Shown piece by piece: positions 45,943 through 55,707 of a DNA stretch of 64,000 bases. A program made the translations under genes and the position numbers. The stretch is from an uncultured virus (IMG/VR IMGVR_UViG_3300033075_000203) (lineage: Duplodnaviria > Heunggongvirae > Uroviricota > Caudoviricetes). Numbering within the stretch: position 1 is the first letter of the stretch; every line of letters begins with the position of its first letter. The notes beneath the pieces were generated by a model that saw only the letters and a program-made list of their open reading frames with translations, did no database searches and had not been told where the DNA came from. Where the stretch lies: IMG/VR virus record IMGVR_UViG_3300033075_000203. One strand, written 5' to 3'.

Positions 45943-47532
45943 ATGGCGATCGTCCTCCAACCGCTTGTCGGCGTACTCCTCACCGGCGGCCTCGCGCGTC
46001 GACCGACAGCACAGGCGCGCGCGTTTGCTCGCGGCGAGACGGGCTCTATCGAGCTCGTCTGCTACGACGCGGACGGCGATCCGATTGATCTGACACAATG
46101 CGCGCTCGTCTGGACCGTCAGCTATCGCAACGGTCCGACGACGGTAGCGATGTTCTCGCGTTCGGCGGATCAAGATCCCGCCGACGTGCATCGCGTTACG
46201 TTCCGCTTCGTCGCCGAGGACACCTACGCGTTCGCCTACGCGACCGACTGCGTTCACGAGGTCGTGCTCGTCGACGAGAACGGCGTATACGGGCCGGCCG
46301 GATCGATCTACCAGATCGTACCGGCCTCGACGTTTGTGCTCGAGCCGCTGCTCGGCAGCATCCCGCCGAGCGCACAGGGCGCGACGGGTGCTGGCGTCGC
46401 TGGCGCTACGGGCGCGACAGGACCGACCGGGCCAGCGGGCGCGCAGGGTGTGACGGGTCCGCAGGGTGCGACGGGCACTCAGGGTATCCAGGGCGTCACG
46501 GGAGCGACAGGGCCGACCGGACCCGCGGGCGCTACCGGCGCGGGTGTCGCTGGCGCTACAGGCGCGACGGGACCGACCGGGCCGGCGGGCGCGCAAGGTC
46601 CGACGGGTGCGGCGATTACCGGCCCCGCCGGGCCGCAGGGCGTCACCGGAGCGACAGGACCGACCGGACCCGCGGGCGCACAGGGCGCGACCGGGGCACA
46701 GGGTATCCAGGGCGTCACCGGAGCGACAGGACCGACCGGGCCGGCGGGCGCGCAAGGCGCGACTGGTCCACAGGGTATCCAGGGCGTCACCGGAGCGACA
46801 GGACCGACCGGGCCGCAGGGCGTCACGGGTGCGACAGGGCCGACCGGGCCGGCGGGCGCGACGGGGGCGGGCGTTCAAGGCGTCACGGGAGCTACGGGGC
46901 CGACCGGACCCGCGGGCGCTCAGGGCGTTACGGGTCCGCAGGGTGCGACGGGCGCACAGGGTATCCAGGGCGCACAGGGCGAGACGGGTCCGCAGGGCGC
47001 GCAGGGACCGACGGGTGCGGCGATCACCGGCGCGACCGGACCCGCGGGACCAGCTGGACCGACCGGACCCGCCGGATACACCGACTGGGGACAGATCGAT
47101 CCGTCCGGCATCGACACGAGCGGCTACCTCGTCGGCGGCGGGCTCGCGTTGCGCGGCGGTATTCTCGGCACGGGATCGTTCACCGGGCTCAAACTAAGCA
47201 ACCCGTCCGGTCTACTCACGTACGGCGGGCCGACAGGCTGGGCACTAACGGGCATCTCAGCTACGGACAATTACGGCGAGTTCACCGTTCGCGTTTGCTT
47301 CACCGGCTACACGCGCTTGCCACAGATTGTCATGTACTTCAGCCAGCCGAAGGCGTTTTTACCACCGTTCGTGCTGTCGCTCGTCGCGACGGCGAGCCCC
47401 GGACTGGAGACGCTTCGATTGGTCGAAACGATCACGCAGACTAGTGTATCGTGGATCCTGTGCGGCGTCCGTGGTGCGAGCGGACCGACGGCGCTCGGGT
47501 TCTACCGAATCAAGTACTTCATCGCAGGTTAA
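45943..47532 (+). CDS. second collagen-like fibre (G-X-T/G-X-Q repeats)
   Basis: N-terminal BppU-like domain, G-X-Y run ~46378-47075. Confidence 0.85.
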   Translation: MAIVLQPLVGVLLTGGLARRPTAQARAFARGETGSIELVCYDADGDPIDLTQCALVWTVSYRNGPTTVAMFSRSADQDPADVHRVTFRFVAEDTYAFAYATDCVHEVVLVDENGVYGPAGSIYQIVPASTFVLEPLLGSIPPSAQGATGAGVAGATGATGPTGPAGAQGVTGPQGATGTQGIQGVTGATGPTGPAGATGAGVAGATGATGPTGPAGAQGPTGAAITGPAGPQGVTGATGPTGPAGAQGATGAQGIQGVTGATGPTGPAGAQGATGPQGIQGVTGATGPTGPQGVTGATGPTGPAGATGAGVQGVTGATGPTGPAGAQGVTGPQGATGAQGIQGAQGETGPQGAQGPTGAAITGATGPAGPAGPTGPAGYTDWGQIDPSGIDTSGYLVGGGLALRGGILGTGSFTGLKLSNPSGLLTYGGPTGWALTGISATDNYGEFTVRVCFTGYTRLPQIVMYFSQPKAFLPPFVLSLVATASPGLETLRLVETITQTSVSWILCGVRGASGPTALGFYRIKYFIAG

Positions 47533-47544
47533 AGAGGAGGCGCT

Positions 47545-48015
47545 ATGCAGACCAGGACCAATCAGCAGTACGTCGACGCCGTCGACGCGGGCATTTTTCC
47601 GACGGACACGCCGCGCGTTCCGATCGAGGACTCGTTCGTCGACGCGCGCGGCTCGATCCGCAACCTACTCCTCTGCGAGCGAGGCTTCTCGAGCGTCGCC
47701 GAGATCAAGAGCAAGCGCGGCACCGTTCGCGCGAACCACTATCACAAGACCGACTGGCACTACACCTACGTCGCCTCGGGGATGGTGCTCTACTTCGAGC
47801 GCGCCGTCGGTGACAAGAAGCTGCCCGAGTATCAGATCTTCGGCGCTGGCGAGATGTTCTTCACGCCGCCGATGCGCGAGCACGCGATGGTGTTCGCGAA
47901 GGACTCGACGATCCTGACGTTCGCGAAGAACGTCCGCAACCACGAGCAGCACGAGGCGGATCTCGTCCGCGTCGTCGTCGTCGATCAAGCCACCGTCAAC
48001 CAGATCGTGCCGTGA
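47545..48015 (+). CDS. cupin (NDP-sugar isomerase/epimerase-like)
   Basis: FVDARGSI, RANHYHK...H, PPM.EH. Confidence 0.75.
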   Translation: MQTRTNQQYVDAVDAGIFPTDTPRVPIEDSFVDARGSIRNLLLCERGFSSVAEIKSKRGTVRANHYHKTDWHYTYVASGMVLYFERAVGDKKLPEYQIFGAGEMFFTPPMREHAMVFAKDSTILTFAKNVRNHEQHEADLVRVVVVDQATVNQIVP

Positions 48016-49274
48016 CGCTCGCCGCGCTACGGAAGGAGATCCCGCGCATGGGCACGTCCTATGTCGTTCGTCCCGATTGTCGGTTATGCTCGAGCGAGAT
48101 GCTCCGCGGCGTGCTCGCGCTCGAGCCTACGCCGCTGGCCAACGAGTTCCTAAAGCCGGGTGATTCGTGCGAGGAACTCTTCCCGCTTCACCTCGTCGAG
48201 TGTCTCGCGTGCGGGCACGTCCAACTGCCCGTCGTCGTCGACCCGGAGCGGCTCTTTCGCAACTACGTCTATGTGTCCGGCACAAGCCCAGCCTTTGTCG
48301 AGCATTTCCGGCGGTACGCGAACGATCTTTGCCAAGCGCACAATCTGGCCGAAGGCTCGCTCGTTGTCGAGATCGGATCGAACGACGGCACGCTGCTCAA
48401 GTTCTTCAAGCAGCGTGGCATACGCGTGCTCGGCATCGATCCCGCCGCCGAGATCGCCGCGAAGGCGACCGCCGAAGGCGTGCCGACGATCCCGCACTTC
48501 TTTCGCGAGTCGCTCGCGGAAGAGATCGTCCGTGATCACGGTCGCGCCGCACTCGTCGTCGCGAACAACGTGTTCGCGCACGCCGACGATCTCTCAGCGA
48601 TCGTCCGCGGCGTCAAGACGCTGCTCGCGCCGGGCGCTCCGTTCGTATTCGAGGTGCAGTACCTCGGTGACATGCTCGCCGGAGGGTTGTTCGACACGAT
48701 ATATCATGAGCACGTAAGTGTCCACGGAGTACGCCCCCTAGTTCCGTTCTTCCACCGTCTCGGAATGACACTGTTCGACGTAAAACATGTCTCGACGCAC
48801 GGTGGCTCGATTCGTTGTCGAGCTTTTGCCGGCGAACATCAGCCGCTCGCGAACGTCGATCAATTCGTTCGTGATGAGGGCGACGTGTTCGAGCGTTTCC
48901 AAACGATGCAGACCAAGATCACCGAGCGCGGCGATCATCTGCGTAAGCGACTGGGCGATCTGCGCGCCGATCGAAAGGTCACGATCGCCGGCTACGGAGC
49001 TCCTGCGAAGGCGACGACGCTCATGCGGCAGTTCGGCCTAGCCGGACTCGTCGACTTCGTCGTCGATGATTCGCCGTGGAAGCAGGGCCTCTGCATGCCG
49101 GGATCGTCGATCCCCGTCTACGACGGATCGATGGCGCTGAACTGCGACGTGCTCGTCCTCTTCGCGTGGAACTTCGCCGAGCCGATCCTCGCGAAGCTCC
49201 GCAGCGCCGGCTTCTTCGACGGTCAGCGCGTCGCTATTGTCCCTCTTCCCGAGTACCAGGAGATCCGATCATGA
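48012..49274 (+). CDS. NDP-hexose C-methyltransferase (TylCIII/NovU-like)
   Basis: CRLC..C..CGHVQL Zn site, EIGSNDG, ANNVFAH, FDTIYHEH, HGGS, GYGAPAK, FAWNF. Confidence 0.9.
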   Translation: MTLAALRKEIPRMGTSYVVRPDCRLCSSEMLRGVLALEPTPLANEFLKPGDSCEELFPLHLVECLACGHVQLPVVVDPERLFRNYVYVSGTSPAFVEHFRRYANDLCQAHNLAEGSLVVEIGSNDGTLLKFFKQRGIRVLGIDPAAEIAAKATAEGVPTIPHFFRESLAEEIVRDHGRAALVVANNVFAHADDLSAIVRGVKTLLAPGAPFVFEVQYLGDMLAGGLFDTIYHEHVSVHGVRPLVPFFHRLGMTLFDVKHVSTHGGSIRCRAFAGEHQPLANVDQFVRDEGDVFERFQTMQTKITERGDHLRKRLGDLRADRKVTIAGYGAPAKATTLMRQFGLAGLVDFVVDDSPWKQGLCMPGSSIPVYDGSMALNCDVLVLFAWNFAEPILAKLRSAGFFDGQRVAIVPLPEYQEIRS

Positions 49275-50326
49275 CGACCTTCGTCCAGTCCCGCGACGTG
49301 CAGCAGATCCTCGACAACCTCGGCCTCCACCTCATCGAGCGTTTCGCCGGGCGGCGCGTGCTTGTTTCGGGCGGCCTCGGCTTCCTCGGGCGGTACTTCG
49401 CCGCCGTGTTCCAGGCGATGAACGACGGGCCGCTCCAGGGTCGCGAGGTCGAGGTTCGACTCGTCGACAACTGCATCGCCTCGGGCGCCGCGGCAGCGCC
49501 GAAGCCGACGCGCTGGATCACGTCGCTCAAGGCCGACGTTGCCGAGCTCCGCGAACCCTACGGCGGCCTCGACTACGTGCTGCACTGTGCGGGCATCGCG
49601 AGCCCGTTCTACTATCGGCGCTTCCCGCTCGAGACGGTCGACGCGGCGCTGTCGGTCCGTAGCGTGCTCGAGGTCGCCCGGCGTAACGCCGGGTGCAGCG
49701 TCGCGTTCTTCTCGTCGTCGGAGATCTACGGCGACCCGGATCCGAAGCACGTACCGACGCCCGAGAGCTACCGCGGTAACGTCTCGTGCCTCGGGCCGCG
49801 ATCGGTCTACGACGAGAGCAAGCGCATGGGCGAGACGCTCGTCCGCGCGTACCAGCAGCAGTACGGCGTACACGGAACGATCATCCGTCCGTTCAACGTC
49901 TACGGTCCTGGGATGCAGCACACCGACTATCGCGTCTTGCCGAACTTCGCGGCGCACATCCTCAAGGACGAGCCCGTCCGCGCGTACGGAGATGGACGCC
50001 AGACGCGAACCTACTGCTACGTGAGCGACGCGATCGGCGGCTTCCTGCGCGTGCTGCTCGACGGCATCGCTGGCGAGCCGTACAACATCGGCAACCCGAC
50101 GCCTGAGATCTCGGTGCTCGATCTCGCTCGCACCATCGGTCGCGTGCTCGAGCGCGACATCAAGATCGACGTCGTCGAGCATCCCGACAGCTATCCGGCC
50201 GACGAGCCGCAACGTCGGTGCCCCGACATCACGAAGGCCCGCACGCTAGGCTACGAGCCTAAGGTCGGACTTGAAGAGGGGCTCGCGCGCTTCTTCGCTT
50301 GGGCGAAGGAGGCGTACCCCAAATGA
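49271..50326 (+). CDS. NAD-dependent epimerase/dehydratase, UDP-glucuronate decarboxylase (UXS)-like
   Basis: GGLGFLG, SSSEIYGDP, YDESKR, RPFNVYGP, GDGRQTRTYCY, RRCPDI. Confidence 0.85.
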   Translation: MTTFVQSRDVQQILDNLGLHLIERFAGRRVLVSGGLGFLGRYFAAVFQAMNDGPLQGREVEVRLVDNCIASGAAAAPKPTRWITSLKADVAELREPYGGLDYVLHCAGIASPFYYRRFPLETVDAALSVRSVLEVARRNAGCSVAFFSSSEIYGDPDPKHVPTPESYRGNVSCLGPRSVYDESKRMGETLVRAYQQQYGVHGTIIRPFNVYGPGMQHTDYRVLPNFAAHILKDEPVRAYGDGRQTRTYCYVSDAIGGFLRVLLDGIAGEPYNIGNPTPEISVLDLARTIGRVLERDIKIDVVEHPDSYPADEPQRRCPDITKARTLGYEPKVGLEEGLARFFAWAKEAYPK

Positions 50327-50766
50327 TCGTCGGATTCACTGCCGGGGCGTTCGATCTCTGTCACTACGGGCACGTGCTCATGTTCGAGGAGTGCTCGCAG
50401 CTCTGCGAGCGCCTCGTCGTGTTCGTCCAGACGGATCCGAGTATCGATCGCCCAGAGAAGAACCGCCCGATCCAGTCGCTCGAGGAGCGCATCGGTCAAG
50501 TGCGTGCTCTGCGATCCGTCAACGAGGTGCGTACGTACTCGACCGAAGCGTCGTTGCTCGATCGCATCGAGAAGCTCCAGAAAGAGTGCGAGCTCGCCGG
50601 GCACGATCTCGTACGCTTCCTCGGGGCCGACTGGGAGGGTAAGCCGTTCACGGGGCACGATCTGCCCGTTCGCGTGCGCTTCACCAGCCGGAACCACGCC
50701 TACTCGTCGAGCGAACTGCGCTCGCGTATCTACGCCGCCGAGGCGCAGCGGGTTCGGAACCTGTGA
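50323..50766 (+). CDS. cytidylyltransferase (TagD/glycerol-3-phosphate CT-like)
   Basis: GAFDLCHYGH (HxGH), ER, SSSELR. Confidence 0.85.
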   Translation: MIVGFTAGAFDLCHYGHVLMFEECSQLCERLVVFVQTDPSIDRPEKNRPIQSLEERIGQVRALRSVNEVRTYSTEASLLDRIEKLQKECELAGHDLVRFLGADWEGKPFTGHDLPVRVRFTSRNHAYSSSELRSRIYAAEAQRVRNL

Positions 50767-51581
50767 TCCGGCTCGGGCTAATCGGTACCGGGCGTTGGGG
50801 CCGGCACTACGTCGAGGCCGCGAAGCTGGCCGGCAACTGTGAGGTTGTCGCTGAAGCGTCGCTCAGTCACACACGAGGCGGGCCAGACGTTGACGCCGTC
50901 ATCGTCGCTACACCGCCGAACGCGCTGGTGGATCGCGCCGTTGCCGTATTGCGCGCTGGTCTGCCGGTCATGGTCGAGAAGCCGGTCGGTCTGTCCGCTC
51001 TAGAGGCGAAAAACCTCGAAATTCACGGCGGCCTCTGCCTCGTCAACCACCAGCACCTCTTCGCCCCCGCGTACGAGGAGTTGTACCGTCGCGCGAAAGA
51101 TATCCCTTACCTTCAGATCTCGACCCGAGGCGGTGACTCGAAGCCCGCGCACGACTGGTCGTGGCTCTGGGACTGGGCGCCGCACGACATCGCGATGGTG
51201 CTCGATCTCGGCGGATTCAATCCGCAACTCGCGTCGGTCTGGCGCGACGATGCGTCGACGCTCGCGCGCTGGCGTACGGCTCGCGGTAGCGCGTTCGCGC
51301 ACGTCGGCGTGAACTTCGACCGCAAGCACCGTTACCTCAAGGTCAACGATCACGGCTTCTCGATGGTCTACGACGATCGCGCCGAGCATAAACTCGTCAT
51401 CGACGGCGTCCCCGTCGAGGTGTCGCCCGAGCTGCCGCTGACTCGCTCGCTTCGAGCGTTCGCATCGGCGGTCGCGGAAGGTGGAACGTACGACCGTCGA
51501 TTCGGTGCGCGTTGGGGCGTCGCCGTCGCTGAGCAGATCGAAGCCATCGAGTCGTTTGGATCCCTTCGCGCGGTCGTGTAA
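50763..51581 (+). CDS. Gfo/Idh/MocA oxidoreductase
   Basis: GLIGTGRWG, VIVATP, VEKP, DWAPHD. Confidence 0.85.
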   Translation: MIRLGLIGTGRWGRHYVEAAKLAGNCEVVAEASLSHTRGGPDVDAVIVATPPNALVDRAVAVLRAGLPVMVEKPVGLSALEAKNLEIHGGLCLVNHQHLFAPAYEELYRRAKDIPYLQISTRGGDSKPAHDWSWLWDWAPHDIAMVLDLGGFNPQLASVWRDDASTLARWRTARGSAFAHVGVNFDRKHRYLKVNDHGFSMVYDDRAEHKLVIDGVPVEVSPELPLTRSLRAFASAVAEGGTYDRRFGARWGVAVAEQIEAIESFGSLRAVV

Positions 51582-51722
51582 CCTACCTAGACATGGTGGT
51601 CGCATCAATCGCTCGGGATTGTGCCGCTTGCACGCCCGACCAACCGTGTTTCGACTGCTCGCTGCTCTCCGTCGAAGCTGCCGAATTAGCGGTCACGAGG
51701 CAGATCGCTACAATGGACAGGG

Positions 51723-52217
51723 ATGAGCCCCGAAGATCAAAAATTCTTGAGCGAGCTCTCGGGAAAGATCGATCGCTTGCTCGAGCGCCTACTGACGTCG
51801 ACGAACCAGAACCTCGAGCTCGTCGGCCGCTTGCACTCCTACACGCGCCAGTCTGAGCGCGTACTCGAGGCTCTCTACGACATCAAGCAGAAGCTCACCG
51901 AGATCTGGGAGCAGCGCGAGTTCATTCGCGCGGGCTTCAACTCTCTCGACACGAAGCTCGCCGTCATCTCGAAGGACGTCGACGACGTCGAGCGTGCAAC
52001 GCGCGAGGTGCGCGAAGCGACCGGGCGCCACGCGCTCGTCGAGAACGATCCGTGGTACTCGCGCGTGCTGCTCAAGCTCGTCGACGCGCCCGCGCGAACG
52101 CAGGCTTTTTTCGTCGTCCTGCTCGGTCTGACGATCCTCGTCGCCGTTACGGGCGCGGCTGCGAAGATCGTCGAGCTCTTTCCTTCCTCGAACGGAGCCA
52201 CGCATCATGCGCCGTGA
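51723..52217 (+). CDS. coiled-coil protein with C-terminal TM helix (holin/antiholin-like)
   Basis: FFVVLLGLTILVAV TM segment; directly upstream of endolysin. Confidence 0.5.
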   Translation: MSPEDQKFLSELSGKIDRLLERLLTSTNQNLELVGRLHSYTRQSERVLEALYDIKQKLTEIWEQREFIRAGFNSLDTKLAVISKDVDDVERATREVREATGRHALVENDPWYSRVLLKLVDAPARTQAFFVVLLGLTILVAVTGAAAKIVELFPSSNGATHHAP

Positions 52218-52677
52218 GATCCCGCACGGGTACTCGGAGATCGTCGAGTTCTTCGGCGATCCGCACTTCGCCTCGGGCTCGGTCGACTCCCGCTGGGAGC
52301 AGGCGAGCATGATCCTCGTTCGCGATCTGCCGGGCGTGCCGAAGCTCTACTGCCATCGTCTCATCGTCGAGCCTCTGCGTGAAGCTCTCGTCGAGTCGCA
52401 GAAGCTCGGCTATCGACCGACGACGATCGGCTGCTTCGCTCCGCGTGCGAAGCGCGGCTCGTCGCAGCTCTCGCTGCACACGTTCGGCGCGGCCGTCGAT
52501 CTCGACGCGGCGACGAACCCGCTCGCGCTGAACTGCCCGGCTGGCGATCCGCGTCGCGACAATTTCACGATCCCTCGCGAGGTGATCGCCGCTTGGAAAA
52601 AGATCGGCTGGTTCTGGGGCGGCGACTTCATGACGCGCTTCGATCCGATGCACTTCCAGTGGGCGACGGGGTACTAG
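52207..52677 (+). CDS. endolysin, peptidase M15 family
   Basis: R..RG, SLHTFGAAVD, WGGDF..DPMHFQ. Confidence 0.9.
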   Translation: MRREIPHGYSEIVEFFGDPHFASGSVDSRWEQASMILVRDLPGVPKLYCHRLIVEPLREALVESQKLGYRPTTIGCFAPRAKRGSSQLSLHTFGAAVDLDAATNPLALNCPAGDPRRDNFTIPREVIAAWKKIGWFWGGDFMTRFDPMHFQWATGY

Positions 52678-52878
52678 ATGGCGCTCCTCGATTGGTCAGC
52701 CGCGGCCCTGCTCGACTCCGAGATCGTGCAAGCGACGCCTCAAGATCTGCGCGATATGATCCGAGCCCTCGTCGGTCCGCTGCGGCGCACTTTCTGTGCG
52801 CTGCCGCATATCGACGACGACGCGGGACTCGCCGAAAGCGCGCACGGGCTCGCGTTTCTGTCGCTGCGCGATTCGTGA
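52678..52878 (+). CDS. small hypothetical protein
   Basis: 66 aa, abuts endolysin. Confidence 0.35.
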   Translation: MALLDWSAAALLDSEIVQATPQDLRDMIRALVGPLRRTFCALPHIDDDAGLAESAHGLAFLSLRDS

Positions 52879-52891
52879 TAGCCTCGACCGT

Positions 52892-53161
52892 ATGATCGAT
52901 CGAATCGTTCTCTGGCTCTCCGATCCGGCGCATCTGAAGGCACTAGCCTGGGCTCTGCTGATCATCGCCCCGGGCGTGCTCGTCTCGTTCGCCAACGCGT
53001 TCGCCCGCCACTACAGCGAGCACAAAGGCGTCGTGCGCTTCGTTCTCTTCGTCGCCGACTTCCTCTCGATCTTGACGCCGCGGAACGCTCCGGGCACGCT
53101 CAAGCTCCCCTTCGCCAAGAGCGAACCACCCGAGTCCGACGACAAGGAGCCCCGCGCGTGA
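52892..53161 (+). CDS. putative holin
   Basis: Two hydrophobic segments, charged C-terminus. Confidence 0.55.
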   Translation: MIDRIVLWLSDPAHLKALAWALLIIAPGVLVSFANAFARHYSEHKGVVRFVLFVADFLSILTPRNAPGTLKLPFAKSEPPESDDKEPRA

Positions 53162-53598
53162 AAACCCTTCTGTATCTGCTCTCGTTGATCGGCCTCGTCG
53201 TCGCCCTGACCGGCTGCGCGACGTTCGTCGACTACGCCAACAAGACCCGCGGCAGCGTCGCCGTAGGAGCTGCGACCGCGGTCGAGATCTGGCAGGAGTT
53301 CGATCTCGCCAAGCAGCAGAAGATCCTCGCTGACAGCCCGACGAGAGAGACATACGAGAAGCAGATCGCCGCGTATCGCGACGGAGAGCAAGCGCGCTTC
53401 ACCAAGGCGTTCAAGGCGATCCGACACGCGCTCGCCCACCTGACCGCCGCGCTACGAGCCTACGAGGCCGGTAGCGGCAAGAAGCCCGACGTCGAGACGG
53501 CGCTGCGCGAGGTCTACACCTGCGCGGCCGAGCTCATCGCAGCGATGCAGGCGGCCGGGGTCAAGATCGACTACACCAAGATCTTCGGAGGTGGCTGA
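53158..53598 (+). CDS. lipoprotein (spanin-like)
   Basis: MKTLLYLLSLIGLVVALTG-C lipobox in lysis cassette. Confidence 0.6.
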   Translation: MKTLLYLLSLIGLVVALTGCATFVDYANKTRGSVAVGAATAVEIWQEFDLAKQQKILADSPTRETYEKQIAAYRDGEQARFTKAFKAIRHALAHLTAALRAYEAGSGKKPDVETALREVYTCAAELIAAMQAAGVKIDYTKIFGGG

Positions 53599-53810
53599 TG
53601 GGCCTCATCGACTCCGTCATCGAGATCGGCGCCAAAGGCGTCGGTCAGATCATCGACTACTTCCTCGCGTCGGCCGAGCGCCGCGCCGAGATCCGAGCCA
53701 AGGCCGACGCCGACGAGCTTCGGCTCTACGATCTCGTCGACAACAAGCTGCTCGAGAACAACGCGACGATCGACAAGCTCGCCGACGAGAAGTTCGGCCC
53801 GAAGCCCTAG
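53598..53810 (+). CDS. hypothetical lysis-region protein
   Basis: 70 aa, GGAGG RBS. Confidence 0.5.
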   Translation: MGLIDSVIEIGAKGVGQIIDYFLASAERRAEIRAKADADELRLYDLVDNKLLENNATIDKLADEKFGPKP

Positions 53811-54163
53811 TCGTCCTCGATGTCGCCGAGCGCGCCGAGCTTGCGCATGCGGCGGATCGCGAACACCTCGATCTGGCGGATCCTCTCCCGCGTTAGGTTC
53901 AAGATCGCCCCGACCTCCTCGAGCGTCAGGCCGTCGGCCTGCGCGACGTCGAGAGAGCACGAGTGCTCGAGCTCCCACGGCGGCCGATCGGGGTAGTTGA
54001 TCTTGATGTTCCCCGTCGTCGGGTTCACGTCGAGGTAGAGATGGTGCCGGCACGAGACGTACGGGCACGGCCTCTCGCCCATGATGCATTCCCAGCGGTA
54101 GCGCGGAGCCGGAGCATATTCGCTCACGTCCTCGACGACGATCGGCAGGCGCTTCTGCGGCAC
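53807..54163 (-). CDS. sigma-70 region 4 HTH protein with Cys/His N-domain
   Basis: [33 protein letters not shown]. Confidence 0.85.
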   Translation of the reverse strand: MPQKRLPIVVEDVSEYAPAPRYRWECIMGERPCPYVSCRHHLYLDVNPTTGNIKINYPDRPPWELEHSCSLDVAQADGLTLEEVGAILNLTRERIRQIEVFAIRRMRKLGALGDIEDD

Positions 54164-54186
54164 GGATTGAAGCGTATCAGCGGCGG

Positions 54187-54633
54187 CTAGTTGTTGTCGA
54201 GCGGCTGATCGGGCAGCGCCGTTTCGGCGGCGATCTGAAGTACGTGCGCGACGACGTCGTTCAGGTCGTCGCCCGCGGCGCCGAACTGCTCTCCGTTACG
54301 CTTCGTGATCGTCGCCCAGACGGATCCGTCGCGACGTCCGGCGCCGAGAACCCAACCCGACGAGAGCAGCAGCGATCGCAGATCGCCGACCGTTACGAGC
54401 CCGGGCATCGTCGGGATCGGTGGAAGGTGCTCGACGAGGCAGGCGACGATCTGATCGCAGTCGGGGCAGTAGCGGAGCTCCATCGCGACGTAGACGCGCT
54501 CGCTTTGTTTACGGCCCTGCTTGTCGACGTAGTCGACCCAGTCACCCGGGTTCGCTCGTTGATGCAGTACCCACGTGTGCCAGAGTGACGACGTTTTCGC
54601 TCGGGCATGATCTTCGACGGTGCAAGGCTTCAT
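54187..54633 (-). CDS. hypothetical protein
   Basis: 148 aa with CPDC. Confidence 0.5.
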   Translation of the reverse strand: MKPCTVEDHARAKTSSLWHTWVLHQRANPGDWVDYVDKQGRKQSERVYVAMELRYCPDCDQIVACLVEHLPPIPTMPGLVTVGDLRSLLLSSGWVLGAGRRDGSVWATITKRNGEQFGAAGDDLNDVVAHVLQIAAETALPDQPLDNN

Positions 54634-54890
54634 GGTCTACCCTCCCAGGCTGTTGTCGGCACGGAGCCTCCGTGCTGCTTGGCGTAGTCGCGGATCGCGC
54701 AGATGAGGCGAAAGCTCGGCCCGCTCGCGTGTGATCCCGTCGAGAGCTGATTGACGTACGCGCGCGAGACGCCGAGGGCTCGAGCGGCCTCGTCGTAGCT
54801 GATGCGGTGCTTCGCGAGGAAGCGCCCGAACACGGTGCGCGTTACGCGCGTCCTCGGTCGTCCACCCTTTTTCGTTGTCATACCTTTCAC
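54630..54890 (-). CDS. HTH (Cro/XRE-like) regulator
   Basis: SYDEAARALGVSRAYVNQL...PS. Confidence 0.75.
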   Translation of the reverse strand: MKGMTTKKGGRPRTRVTRTVFGRFLAKHRISYDEAARALGVSRAYVNQLSTGSHASGPSFRLICAIRDYAKQHGGSVPTTAWEGRP

Positions 54891-55243
54891 TGTGATCCTC
54901 CGCGGCGTGATTCGTCAACTTTTCTTTTCAACACATGGCCACAGTGAGAGCACTTCGGCCACTCGTGCGACTCGGGTAGCTCGGTCCATCGGATCGGTTG
55001 GCTCTTGCCGCACAGTGACAAGAGCTTCGCTCCCCGCCAGTCGTAGACGTGCGCGATCGGCGTGTCCTCGGCCGAGTTCACGCCGCCCCAACAATGGCCC
55101 GCAGGCAAGCGTTTCCGCGCCGGCGGGACGTCCCAGCCCTTCCACCGAGCGTGTGCGGCGCGCTTTCGTTCGGCGTCGTGCTCGAGGCAGTACGCCGACG
55201 AGCCGCGCGGCGCGACGCAGCCGGGACGAGCGCACTTTTTCAT
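54887..55243 (-). CDS. Cys-rich hypothetical protein
   Basis: CARPGC..YCLEH, LCG, CSHC. Confidence 0.55.
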   Translation of the reverse strand: MKKCARPGCVAPRGSSAYCLEHDAERKRAAHARWKGWDVPPARKRLPAGHCWGGVNSAEDTPIAHVYDWRGAKLLSLCGKSQPIRWTELPESHEWPKCSHCGHVLKRKVDESRRGGSQ

Positions 55244-55707
55244 CTCCCGAGCTTCCAGAGGCCGAGCCCGATCGCGTGCCAGACGTCGGTGCGGTGTTTG
55301 ATGTTCCTCGGTAACTCGATGCGGAGCTTCTCCGCGTCGGTCAGCTTCTTACGACAACGCGCCTCGACGACGCTCGCGGGCGCTTGGCCTTTCCACTTCG
55401 CCGGCGTGACGAGCTCGACCTCGTCGGCGAGCATCGAGAGCGCGCCGACGAGGTTCGCGAGCTTGATCAAGTCGTTCGCGTCGCCCTTCGCTGCTCGGCC
55501 GCCGTACGTCTGGGGCTGCTCGATGATGAGAGAGTATTCGCGCGCGTCAGATCCGTTGTAGCTGTGAACCTGTCGATAGAGCGACTTGATACGCTCGACG
55601 AGCGTCTCGCCTTCCGGGCGCACGACATACGCGCAAAAGAGTTCCCCGGCGCTCCACACGGCGAGCCCCGTTCCGGTGAAGCCGGGATCAATGCTGAGCA
55701 GGTCCAT
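55240..55707 (-). CDS. RuvC-like Holliday junction resolvase
   Basis: LSIDPG, IIEQP, P..WKG, DVWHAIG. Confidence 0.75.
   Translation of the reverse strand: MDLLSIDPGFTGTGLAVWSAGELFCAYVVRPEGETLVERIKSLYRQVHSYNGSDAREYSLIIEQPQTYGGRAAKGDANDLIKLANLVGALSMLADEVELVTPAKWKGQAPASVVEARCRKKLTDAEKLRIELPRNIKHRTDVWHAIGLGLWKLGR

Noticed and set aside
36527..47532. Diversity-generating retroelement targeting fibres
   Set aside because: No reverse transcriptase and no TR/VR pair noticed
41402..51581. Sugar cluster as a DNA hypermodification system
   Set aside because: No hydroxymethylase, TET/JBP or base-kinase gene seen; location among fibre genes and the TPR domain favour protein acceptors (not fully excluded)
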